The notes under the pieces were generated by a model, which was not told where the DNA came from, did no database searches, and was given only the letters and a program-made list of their open reading frames with translations. From positions 32,001 through 96,000 of the IMG/VR virus record IMGVR_UViG_3300043424_000354: a stretch of 64,000 bases of DNA. One strand, given 5' to 3'. Positions 9,690-19,400 of the stretch are shown piece after piece; within the stretch, counting starts at the first letter, position 1; every line of letters starts with the position of its first letter. The DNA is from a virus. A program made the translations under genes and the position numbers.

Positions 9690-10363
9690 CCGAAGTGCGA
9701 GGCATCCTCGCCTGTAATATCTTCGATCATTGACCGCCAGATTTCAAGGTGCGGAACTACGTAACCAAGAGTCAGACGCTTTGCTGTATTTCCGCAACAG
9801 TGATAAACAATCTTGTCTTGTTCCTGCTTGTTACCGAAATACCCAACCTTACACGACCAACCTTTCGGATCGATCATCGTAACAACTTCCTTTGTTACTG
9901 GATCTAGGTATCTGAAAAATCCACCATTTTCTTCTGAGTTATATGTGATCAGAATATTATAACCAGCAGCATTCCAATTAGTATGCCACCCCATAAATCC
10001 ATCTTCGGGATAATATGTGAAGACTGCGTTATTTCTGGCGCCCAGATAACTGATCAATTCTCTATTAGTTTCTTGCTGTCTTCTACCATACTCTGATGGG
10101 AACCACGGTTGCCCATGCGCTTGCGACATATCTGTGCAAAAAGCAACCTCAGGGAATCCCACATGTCGTTCGCCTTTGTTTCTGATATGATTCATATACT
10201 GTTCGTCGGTTGCTGTGATGTGGGTTAATCCCCCTGCACGATCGCTTTGCATTTTTTCTGGTCCGAGAACAAGATGCTGATCGTTTTGTTCAAAAAACCA
10301 TTCAGTAAATGGATCCAGAATATCTTGTAATTCTTGTGAGACAGAACTTGTAAATTTCAGCAT
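9686..10363 (-). CDS. 2OG-Fe(II) oxygenase-like (double-stranded beta-helix) protein
   Basis: YPEDGFMGWHTN (HxN variant), distal YHCC and KRLTLG. Confidence 0.6.
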   Translation of the reverse strand: MLKFTSSVSQELQDILDPFTEWFFEQNDQHLVLGPEKMQSDRAGGLTHITATDEQYMNHIRNKGERHVGFPEVAFCTDMSQAHGQPWFPSEYGRRQQETNRELISYLGARNNAVFTYYPEDGFMGWHTNWNAAGYNILITYNSEENGGFFRYLDPVTKEVVTMIDPKGWSCKVGYFGNKQEQDKIVYHCCGNTAKRLTLGYVVPHLEIWRSMIEDITGEDASHFG

Positions 10364-10939
10364 TCAATAATTCCTAAAATGATCAATAGTTATTTTGTTC
10401 CACACCAACTTGGCACTACATAAATCTTTACCAATGCGCAACATAGTTTCAGCAGTAGGATTAAATCCTCTCTTACTATACTTCACTAATCGTTGGTATG
10501 CCATAAATGGGTGAATATTGTTTTTTCTAAGTCGTAGAGTCTTACTATGTATATCATCCCAAAACTCCTCGGCATAATATATGTTCTTACCGTCAAATGA
10601 AATACAGCAAACAGTAAAGTCATAGTTATGTAATGTGCGAATTGGGTCTACGTATGGATAATCTGTTACTTGTATCTTTTTCCCAAACAAATTAAAGTCG
10701 TAAGAAAACTCGTTTTTATTTGTCTCGGGAGATATTAGTCTAAGATCTTGAATAAACTGTGTTGGATTATCGCTATAGAAATCATAATCGCTTATCGCAG
10801 TATTAGTAAGATGCGAAGTGATTGCGCCTCCTGCCAACCAATAGTTGTAGGATACCTTTCCTATTTTTTGTTTTAAGTTTTCAAATAAATCAAAAAATGG
10901 TTTGAATTTTTCTTGGTCTGCTGGTTTTACGATCATCAA
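10364..10939 (-). CDS. Nucleotidyltransferase (polyA polymerase/CCA head-domain-like)
   Basis: WLAGGAI...SDYDFY, YDFTVCC, RLVKYSKRGF. Confidence 0.75.
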   Translation of the reverse strand: MMIVKPADQEKFKPFFDLFENLKQKIGKVSYNYWLAGGAITSHLTNTAISDYDFYSDNPTQFIQDLRLISPETNKNEFSYDFNLFGKKIQVTDYPYVDPIRTLHNYDFTVCCISFDGKNIYYAEEFWDDIHSKTLRLRKNNIHPFMAYQRLVKYSKRGFNPTAETMLRIGKDLCSAKLVWNKITIDHFRNY

Positions 10940-11631
10940 TCTAGTAGATTATGTGGGATAGTATAATGATAAATCACAATAGGTTGCCCCTGTAATTCTT
11001 CTTCTCTATACCCCACAACAAAGTTCCATCTTGCATCAGGATCTGGGAATCTACCTGTCTTTACGCCGAAATCATAAAGATTTAGGAGACGCCACATTGT
11101 GAATGTATCCCATTCAATTGCTGCAGCAGGATAGTGTTTTCGATCCCAATCAGGTTTGTTCTGCTCCCAATACTCACCATACCATGCACGCATGAGGTTT
11201 AGAGTCTGGGGATTGTTGCGGTAAATAAAGATACCACAGTGTTCAGTCATCTCTTCAGTTTCAGACAACTTAGTCAGTGCTGCATTATACGGACGATTGG
11301 CGGTGAAGAGAACATCTACATCATCTGGGATCTGATCAAAAATCTTTTGAATATCCTCGTGTTCGACTTCGGTGTCGCAGTCCATATAGACAGTCAGGTC
11401 ATACGGAGTTTGATCAAGCGCCCATAGTTTGGCACGCTTATCGCGAGGAACATTTTCAGTTACTACGTTGTCGAAAATCTCATAGTCGTCTGGTTGCACC
11501 CATTCTTCGTGTGTGAAGAATGTGATTTTTGCATCAGGAAAAAAATCTTTTAGGGAAATCGCCGAGTTTCTTGCTGCCCTATAGTATCCTTTACGCCTAG
11601 TGGCAACATACAGGAATCCATTATTCGGCAC
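10936..11631 (-). CDS. GT-A glycosyltransferase-like protein 5 (different family from GT1-4)
   Basis: GFLYVAT, SAISLK, RAKLWALDQTPYDLTVYMDCD (DxD), RWNF, IYHYT. Confidence 0.75.
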   Translation of the reverse strand: MPNNGFLYVATRRKGYYRAARNSAISLKDFFPDAKITFFTHEEWVQPDDYEIFDNVVTENVPRDKRAKLWALDQTPYDLTVYMDCDTEVEHEDIQKIFDQIPDDVDVLFTANRPYNAALTKLSETEEMTEHCGIFIYRNNPQTLNLMRAWYGEYWEQNKPDWDRKHYPAAAIEWDTFTMWRLLNLYDFGVKTGRFPDPDARWNFVVGYREEELQGQPIVIYHYTIPHNLLD

Positions 11632-12076
11632 TAACTGCTTCCTTGACGATTGCAGTATTCGCTTCTTCTTGCTGTAGAAGCATAACTGTATATGCAGTGA
11701 CTTCCATGATGTTCTTTGCCTTACGAATCTTTGACTTCAGTTCGCGATTCTTTGATGCTTTGACGCTATCGATTTCAAACGCATCCAGTTTGGCAGCGAA
11801 CAATTGCTCCTGCTGCATCCGTGTACGGTCAACCTTTTGCCGTTCAATATTGTGCTTGATTTGTTCATTGCGATCATCAAGACGTTTCTTCGTATTTGCA
11901 TCGATCTGTTCGATGCTATACTTCTTCAACAATTCCTCGAAGTCGCGATTAGTGCCATCGTTCATAATTGACGCTGTGACTCGTTTCCCAGTATCAGGGT
12001 AAACAAATTCTGCGATGACGTGCTGTTTTTCCTTATTTGCCCAATAAGGGTTTTCAATTGTGCGATTGGTAGTCAT
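11621..12076 (-). CDS. Hypothetical protein, first gene of the leftward modification operon
   Basis: GGAG Shine-Dalgarno; LFAAKLDAFEIDSVKASKNRELKSKIRKAK; no function recognised. Confidence 0.7.
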   Translation of the reverse strand: MTTNRTIENPYWANKEKQHVIAEFVYPDTGKRVTASIMNDGTNRDFEELLKKYSIEQIDANTKKRLDDRNEQIKHNIERQKVDRTRMQQEQLFAAKLDAFEIDSVKASKNRELKSKIRKAKNIMEVTAYTVMLLQQEEANTAIVKEAVSAE

Positions 12077-12109
12077 TCAAATCTCCAAAAAATACATTAA
12101 TTAATATTA

Positions 12110-12138
12110 TGTATACTACTTTTGCAATAGAAAGTCAA
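12110..12138 (-). promoter_or_regulatory. Sigma70-type promoter TTGACT-N17-TATACA
   Basis: -35 at 12133-12138, 17-nt spacer, -10 at 12110-12115; same pattern as the other phage promoters in this window. Confidence 0.6.
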
Positions 12139-12143
12139 GGGTT

Positions 12144-13727
12144 TTATGCAGTGCGAACCCAAAGTTTTACGGTTGACACTGTCTCTTTAGTTTCAATTAC
12201 TGTTGCGCCTGAATATGTTCCGGAATAAGTTCCCGAGTAGTTGCCTACGTAGTTACCGGAGTAGTTTCTGGAACCTGCGAAGTAACCAGTATAAAATCCT
12301 GTAAAGAATCCTTGGTAATTTCCAGTATATGTTGCAGTTCCAACATAATTTCCGGTAAAGTTATTTGCATATGTTCCGGAATAAGTTCCCGCATAGTTGG
12401 CGGCATAGTTTCTAGAACCAGAGAAGTATCCAGTATATGTTCCTGAATATGTTCCTGCATAGTTAGCAGCATAGTTTCTAGATCCAGCAAAGTATCCAGT
12501 AAAATTACCCAGATAGGTTCCGCTGAACGTACCCGAGAAATAACTTATATAATTTCCCGCAAAAGCAGTACCAGCATAACCACCATAGAAAACAGAATAA
12601 TACCCAACATACCCAGTTGCATATCCTGCGCCAATGTAGTTACCGCTGAAATTGCTAGAATAAGTTCCTGCATAGTTACCAGCATAGTTCCTAGAACCTG
12701 CGTAATACCCTACGTAGTTGCCAGAGAAATTGCCAGCATAGTTGCCTGCGTAATTTCTAGAACCCGCGTATGATCCAGTATAATTTCCTGTGAAATTGCC
12801 TGTATACGTTCCTGAATAGTTTGCCGGACCTACATAACCGCCACTGAAGTTGTTGGCATAATTACCAGAATATGCGCCAGCATAATTACCAGAGTAATTT
12901 CTAGAACCAGCATAGGTTCCTGCGTAGTTACCTGCGTAGTTACCTGCGTAGTTTTGCGGAGTTACTTGTTCACGAGTATCTGCAAACTCATCACCCATTT
13001 GCACCCAAGTGCCGCCAGATGGAGCAGTGGATTGAATCTTATATGTCCCAACGCCGCTATCGATAATTCTATTGCGGAAGTTTGGTAGCATCTGAAGAAT
13101 CTCAGAAGATGACATTTCTTTGACATCTTTCGTATTGATCAGTTTCAGTGGTTTTAGATTGGCATCCGAAAGAGAAGTAGCAGCAGTTTTCTGCCAAAGA
13201 TATGTTGTGGTATTCCCACCATTAGCAACATCGGTTAGCGTGTAACGAGCAACCCACGTCCCGCCTGACGGAGCAGAACCTTGTAGGCGATATTGACCCG
13301 CAGTATACGAAGTCTCCGAAACCATCGCATTAATTGCATAGTCCAGAATTTCGGTATCGATTTGACCATCAGTCATTTCGCGGATACCCGAATCATATTT
13401 CAGCGGACGATTTGTAATACTTTCTGATGCTGCAGCAGAGACCTGCTTTGCGTAGTATGTAACTGTGTCTAATGCACCAGTAGCAGGGTGAGTGCCTGTT
13501 GCTTCTTGGCGATCAGTGTCAGCAAAAGTTCCGATTGCAGTTCCTGCGCCACTATTGTTTGTGGTGATATTTAGTTCGCCAGTGCCAGTACCGTCGGAGT
13601 TAGCACCGAAAGAAACTGTCAATGTTTGGGCGATGTAGTTCTTGACTTCATCAGTAGTCATCTCCTGCAAACCTTGCCAGTTTGCAGAAGAAACAGGTGT
13701 TGCCGAGGATTTGTTTCTCAATACCAT
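12144..13727 (-). CDS. Gly/Tyr-rich repeat virion protein, paralog B
   Basis: About 255-aa N-terminal domain shared with 13731..15722, then a long [YF]-x-G-[NT] tract and C-terminal TVSTVKLWVRTA. Confidence 0.8.
   Translation of the reverse strand: MVLRNKSSATPVSSANWQGLQEMTTDEVKNYIAQTLTVSFGANSDGTGTGELNITTNNSGAGTAIGTFADTDRQEATGTHPATGALDTVTYYAKQVSAAASESITNRPLKYDSGIREMTDGQIDTEILDYAINAMVSETSYTAGQYRLQGSAPSGGTWVARYTLTDVANGGNTTTYLWQKTAATSLSDANLKPLKLINTKDVKEMSSSEILQMLPNFRNRIIDSGVGTYKIQSTAPSGGTWVQMGDEFADTREQVTPQNYAGNYAGNYAGTYAGSRNYSGNYAGAYSGNYANNFSGGYVGPANYSGTYTGNFTGNYTGSYAGSRNYAGNYAGNFSGNYVGYYAGSRNYAGNYAGTYSSNFSGNYIGAGYATGYVGYYSVFYGGYAGTAFAGNYISYFSGTFSGTYLGNFTGYFAGSRNYAANYAGTYSGTYTGYFSGSRNYAANYAGTYSGTYANNFTGNYVGTATYTGNYQGFFTGFYTGYFAGSRNYSGNYVGNYSGTYSGTYSGATVIETKETVSTVKLWVRTA
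12920..12953. repeat. 12-bp coding tandem repeat (CTGCGTAGTTAC, about 3 copies; encodes YAGN)
   Basis: ctgcgtagttac-ctgcgtagttac-ctgcgtagtt seen directly. Confidence 0.8.
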
Positions 13728-13730
13728 AGT

Positions 13731-15722
13731 TTACGCAGTTCTAATCCACAACTTAATTGTTGAAACTGTATCTTTAGTCGCTTGAATCGTCGCACCACTA
13801 TAATTACCAGTAAAGGTATTTATATACGAACCAGAATAGTTTCCGGTGTAAGTTCCGCCGCCTGCATAGTTACCACTGAAGTTGCCCGTGTAATTTGATG
13901 TTGTAGAGAAGGTTCCTTGATAGTTGCCAGAGTAGTTTGCTGGTCCTGTGAAGTACCCCGTATAGAAACCTCCTGGTCCAGAGAAATATCCAGTGTATGG
14001 AGTTGGAGGAACAAATCCGTTATAGTTTCCAGTGTATGATGTACCGTATGCTGGACCTTGGAACGAAACTGTTCCGGAATAATTACCAGCAAAGTTACTT
14101 ACGTATGTTCCGTTATATGTTCTTGAACCTGAATAATATGCTATACCAGTATATCCTGGACCTGTGCCAGCATAGTTGCCAGAATAGGTTCTGGATCCCG
14201 AGTAGGTTGCTGGTCCTACATAATTGCCAGTAAAAGTGCCTCCTGGCGAAGAGAAGGTGTTGGTATAAAATACAGGCAAGTATCCTATACCTGGAATAAA
14301 CTGCGTTTCCTGATATGAACCAGAATATGCTGGACCAGGACCAGTAAAGAATCCAGGACTATAGTAAACTGTCTGCAAACCACTATATGGATCAGGTATC
14401 TGATTTGAGAAATAATCAGTGTAATAATTAGTCCCCGAGTAATACCCTGTATAATAATCTGCCATAAAGGCACCAGTATATCCTGGTCCAGGAGCACCAC
14501 TATAATTACCTGTATATGTGGCAGTTCCTGCGTAACTACCAGCATAGTTTCTCGAACCAGAGTAATATGCTACACCAGAATATGTTGCTCCTGTTCCGGC
14601 ATAATTACCAGCATAGTTTCTTGAACCAGAGTAGTAAGATGCGTAATTACCAGTATATGATGGACCTGGACCACTAAAGAACGGCGAATAGAATGGGGAT
14701 CCAGTATAAGTGCCGGAATAACTGATCAGTGGACCTAGTGGTGCAGTATATGTTGTTCCAGTATAACTTACTGCATTAGTAAAGGTGTTTGAATACCCAG
14801 CAGTTCCAGCATAATTACCAGAAAAGTTACCTGTGTAATTTGAGGTTGTTGAAAAAGTGTTTGAATATGTTCCGCTGTAATTTACTACGCCACCATAGTT
14901 GCCGCTGTAGTTACCAGTGAAATTTCCGCTGTAGTTACCAGCATAATTCTGCGGAGAAACTTGCTCGCGAGTATCGGAAAACTCATTGCCCATCTGAACC
15001 CAAGTTCCACCAGAAGGTGCTGATGATTGTAATTTATAGGTTCCGATTCCGGTATCGATAATTCTATTACGGAAGTTCGGTAGCAGTTGTTCGATTTCAG
15101 ATTCTGTCATCTGCTTGCAGTTGCTGCCGTTGTAACTGCGCAACGGAGTATAATCTGAATTTGGAGAAGATGATGCTACTGTTTTTTGCCAGAGATATGT
15201 AACAGTGTTTCCGCCTTGCGCAGTATCTGTTAGCGTATATCTGGAAACCCAAGTTCCACCCGACGGAGCAGATGCCTGTAGTTTATATTGTCCAGCAGTA
15301 TAACTAGATTCGGCGACCATCGCCTCAATGCAGAGATCCAGCACGCCATCAATATCACCATCACTCATCTCTTCAAGATGAGAATCCCATGCGAGTGGTC
15401 TGTTGGTGATGCTTTCTGATGCCGCAGCAGTTACCTGCTTTGCGTAGTACGTGGTAGTTGTAGTATTTCCAGTCGCGGGATGCGTGCCAATCGATTCAGT
15501 TCTATTGGTATCAACAAAAGATCCGATTGAAGTCCCAGAACCCGAATTGTCTGTTGTGATGTTTATTTCAGCAGTACCTGTACCGTCAGTTACTGCTGCG
15601 AATTTTTCAGTGATAACATTGGCAATATAATTTTTTACCTCTGAATCGGTCATAGTCTGCAAACCGCTGATGTTTGCAGAAGTGATTGGGGACCCTGATG
15701 CTTTGACCTTTAGAGGATTCAT
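13731..15722 (-). CDS. Gly/Tyr-rich repeat virion protein, paralog A
   Basis: Same N-terminal domain (GTHPATG, YYAKQV, SAPSGGTWV twice), longer repeat tract, C-terminal TVSTIKLWIRTA. Confidence 0.8.
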   Translation of the reverse strand: MNPLKVKASGSPITSANISGLQTMTDSEVKNYIANVITEKFAAVTDGTGTAEINITTDNSGSGTSIGSFVDTNRTESIGTHPATGNTTTTTYYAKQVTAAASESITNRPLAWDSHLEEMSDGDIDGVLDLCIEAMVAESSYTAGQYKLQASAPSGGTWVSRYTLTDTAQGGNTVTYLWQKTVASSSPNSDYTPLRSYNGSNCKQMTESEIEQLLPNFRNRIIDTGIGTYKLQSSAPSGGTWVQMGNEFSDTREQVSPQNYAGNYSGNFTGNYSGNYGGVVNYSGTYSNTFSTTSNYTGNFSGNYAGTAGYSNTFTNAVSYTGTTYTAPLGPLISYSGTYTGSPFYSPFFSGPGPSYTGNYASYYSGSRNYAGNYAGTGATYSGVAYYSGSRNYAGSYAGTATYTGNYSGAPGPGYTGAFMADYYTGYYSGTNYYTDYFSNQIPDPYSGLQTVYYSPGFFTGPGPAYSGSYQETQFIPGIGYLPVFYTNTFSSPGGTFTGNYVGPATYSGSRTYSGNYAGTGPGYTGIAYYSGSRTYNGTYVSNFAGNYSGTVSFQGPAYGTSYTGNYNGFVPPTPYTGYFSGPGGFYTGYFTGPANYSGNYQGTFSTTSNYTGNFSGNYAGGGTYTGNYSGSYINTFTGNYSGATIQATKDTVSTIKLWIRTA

Positions 15723-15724
15723 TA

Positions 15725-16207
15725 TTAATTCAGCCTGTTACCGCTTGAGTCATAAACAATGAGATTTGTTACGCGATACCAGTCTTGAGTATCCTGAGCA
15801 ACCAATTCTACCGATGAGTATGGTGCCAAATTCACACCAGCGTTGGTTGTTCCACCATCAATAACGTCTGAAGTATTTGGGTATACAACAATGGTAACTG
15901 CAGTTGTGTTAACAACTTTGATATTAATACCCGCAGCAGCAGTAGGTAACTTAACACCCTGCGCCGCACTGGCAGTTGTTACAATATTGACTGTCTTTGT
16001 TAGCGCAGTGGCATCACCTTGCGTAGATCCTGCTGCGGAAACTGTTCCTGACACCGAAGTGGTAAGAGTGCCTGTTAATGTCAAATCTGCAAAAGAAGGA
16101 CTGTCACCAGATTCATACTTGTCTGTATTCAAATTGCTGAAGTTGTCATCAACCTCAGTATTTGTCAGCGGAGTCCCCTTTACAGATCTAAGGGTAAGAG
16201 TGCTCAT
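15725..16207 (-). CDS. Virion structural protein (fibre adaptor-like)
   Basis: LRSVKGTPLTNTEVDDNFSNL N-terminal motif typical of T4-like fibre/baseplate proteins. Confidence 0.75.
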   Translation of the reverse strand: MSTLTLRSVKGTPLTNTEVDDNFSNLNTDKYESGDSPSFADLTLTGTLTTSVSGTVSAAGSTQGDATALTKTVNIVTTASAAQGVKLPTAAAGINIKVVNTTAVTIVVYPNTSDVIDGGTTNAGVNLAPYSSVELVAQDTQDWYRVTNLIVYDSSGNRLN

Positions 16208-16213
16208 GCTTTT

Positions 16214-16432
16214 TTATCCTTGTTTCTGTAGAATTTGTGTTAGTAAGTTTTTAATCTCAATCATCTCATTCTTAAGATTATTTATATCGTCGCCATACGA
16301 TTCAATCTGCATCATGTGTTTTTTACGCGCCTTATATGCTGCTAAGGCAGGGAGGTCATTCGAAAGTATTGCCTTCGAATGACTGTCCCGTTCGTATTTG
16401 TTTGTGTCTGTTAGTTTGATTTTAGTTGACAT
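16214..16432 (-). CDS. Conserved small coiled-coil protein following the VrlC-like gene
   Basis: RDSHSKAILSND...DDINNLKNEMIEIKNLL. Confidence 0.75.
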   Translation of the reverse strand: MSTKIKLTDTNKYERDSHSKAILSNDLPALAAYKARKKHMMQIESYGDDINNLKNEMIEIKNLLTQILQKQG

Positions 16433-16433
16433 A

Positions 16434-19400
16434 TTATACCTGCAACGCAATCGCTCTTAGTTCTCTTACACGAGGAACAACAGAACTGTTTGACGAAAGA
16501 GGAACAACCTTTACAGCGAACGTCTTATATCCAGTGAAGTTTGCGCTTCCGACAGCATACTCAAAAACGTCGCTTCCGTTTTTATTCGCAGCAGGAATTG
16601 TATATTCATATTCTACAAATCCTGACTTCGAAGCACTATCAAGTGGCGAATTGGTTAGTTCCAATTGAATCCAGTCAAGATCATCAAAGTTTGAGGCATC
16701 AGTTGCATTCTGGAATTTACCGTAAACTGCAACATCACATTCAGACGGAATCTTGTTGCTCAGATATACCTTCAAATCTTCTGCATCTTGACCATCATCA
16801 AGCACAACTCGGCGAGAGATATACTTCGAAGCAGCAGAACCATTGTTACCATCTTCATTCGTAGTAAGATTGTTTACATCATTCGCAACTGCGATAATTG
16901 AACACTTTCTAGTATCAATAACTGGCGAAACAGTAGATGTTTGCGTTACCATACCTGCTCTTACTGTTAGGGATTTATCTCCACCAAGATCTGCTTGCTC
17001 GTTCGAATAGGAATATACCTGTGCTTCGTACGTCAATTCATGTTCTTGACCAAAGTTGAAACCTTCATGGACCGTTCCACCAGCACCAGCACCTGTTGCA
17101 GTTGGTGCAACTGACCAAGAAACTGTCGCAGGAGTATGATCAATAAACCCGATATTGGTTTCTAGAACGTTCAATTGCTTATTCTCGACTTCAGTGATTT
17201 CAGCGTATGTAGTTCCATTACCGACGATGTCTGTAGCAGTAAATGAACCCTTAGTGATCAACAACTTACCGACATTATAGAGAGTATCGTATTGCTTTAC
17301 GAAACCTGTATTGAGAACAACGGTAACTACAGCGCTGGATCCACCGCCACTAGAGATAGTGAGAGTTGGGTTGCTTGTATATCCTGCTCCTGGATCTGTA
17401 ACGACTACATCAGTAACCAGACCGCTCGCGATTGTTACATTAACTGTAGCATTGGTTGTTGCTCCACCCCCCGAGAGGGTATGTGCAATAGTTCCGTCTG
17501 TATAACCACTTCCTGGGTTTGAGATCGTGAACGTGAAACCGTGAACCGTATCACCTGCCGCAAAATTACCATCGGAGAACGAATCAAATTTCAAATAATC
17601 AACGTTCATGTTGCGCATCACAACTGACCCAACAGTATTAATTTCGAAGTCGGCACGACGAAGAGTAAACTTAATATCTTCTTTCTGCCATGCAGTCCAC
17701 GATCTGTTGTTTGCAGAGGTGAATAGAACGCCGACATGCGGTTGTTCTGAAATTCTGTTCTGTGTTCCCAGTTGGTTTTCGCCAAGTTCCGAAACCCAGA
17801 TATTGTAATCTGGATTGTTACCAGCAGGAAGCAGAACAAAGCAATATTCAGTATTGTTTTGCAGATATACTGGTGAAGGGAAGGTGAAGGTTGTTGCTGT
17901 TGCAGCAGTTTCGCTTACCGACACAGCAGAAGGATTCAATGTAACTTCGCCGAACGGAATTACCTTGTTACCAGGATAACCATTTACAACTTCGCGAATC
18001 TGTAGAGTGATTGGCGCTGTCGATGACTTCGTTCTGAAATAGATGTCAAGATTTGTTACATAGCAACCAAAAGGCATACCTTCAACATAGAAAGTTTGAG
18101 CGATTGGATCTCTACCACGCGCAGGTTGCGCACACGGATTGATCGTGTTACACCCTGCAGGAATTGTTATTGGACTGCTGCTGCCGCCGAATGTGACATC
18201 AAAACCACCCAATTCTAAATCAATTGTTGTCGCTTCCCAACATGTTTCAACTGGTGCGCATGGATCTGGTGTTGGTGTATCCACAACCACGACTTCGCGT
18301 GGAGGATCTACTACAGGATCTTCTGTAATAACTGGGGGATCTTGAACGATTTGCGTTACATTAGTATTGTTGATTACAGTGGTGTTAGTTACTGTGTTGT
18401 CAATGTTAGTAACGTTGTTAACAGTTGTGAACGTATTGTTAACTGTTCTTTCGATTACACCAACTTGCCTATCAGCAATTCTATTTTCAGTTCGTTCAGT
18501 TTCGAATATCGATCTAGAATCTGATGTTGATGACAATTCGACATTAGCAACTCTGGTCGAAACAACGGTATCTTGAACGTTTTGCGAAAGACCGTTTGCT
18601 GACCAAGTCTTAGTCGAAGCAGTGGTAATAAACGCATCGCGATTGAATTGGTCGTCGCAGAGACGGAAATTCTTATCGCCTGTTCTGAACGTTGCTGCTG
18701 GAATTCTAAATTGACCGACGCAAACACCCTGTGCATTAGTGATCAGTGGATCTCCATAATCACCATCAGCATATGTTGAATATCTAGCAGGGTCGTTTGG
18801 TTTCTGGTCTGTCGCTGGGTCAAAGTCTAGTGGACGACAATGTTCAGCAACTGCAACACCATCAAAGAATGGATAAACTCTGGTATTTGGTTTTAGTCTC
18901 TGCGCAATAAACGTAACGATTACAGAGCGCATGAACGGAATGATCGAAGTATTCGTTACTCGAGCGCCAGTTCTTTGTGTTTGTGTTTCAGGCGTAACCG
19001 ATAGCGACACACCCTGACGAGTTTGTCTTTGTTGGATTGTTGTTGTAACAACTTGTGTTTGCTGCTGTAATAGCAGGTCGCCGCTAAGAGTAGTGTTACC
19101 TGCAACAGTTTCTGAAGACTGACCAACTGCAGTTCTTCCAGTTACGACATCCTGCCAGTCACCCCATTGAGTTCCCCATGCATCTGATAGATTTTCCCAA
19201 GCATCATAATTGCCGTCGAAGTTTACGCTAACATCTGGTAGTTGTGCGGTATCCGTCCAGTTATCGACTGGTGGATCTAGTTCCATATTTCCGATGTAAT
19301 TGAATAGTAACTCACCGACGCAATTTCTTGGTTTGGAGGCAAATGCGTTCTTAGTCATCTCTACGTTGGTGTACGGTAGAGTGATCAGATCACCTGTCTT

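Noticed and set aside
12144-15722. Repeat tracts as diversity-generating retroelement targets or a CRISPR-like array
   Set aside because: No reverse transcriptase and no adenine-specific TR/VR pair were seen; repeats are conserved at protein level with synonymous variation.
12144-15722. Repeat proteins as RiPP (proteusin-like) precursors for the six radical SAM enzymes
   Set aside because: No recognisable leader, protease or transporter; the genes lie in the structural operon more than 30 kb from the rSAMs. Not excluded, but unsupported.
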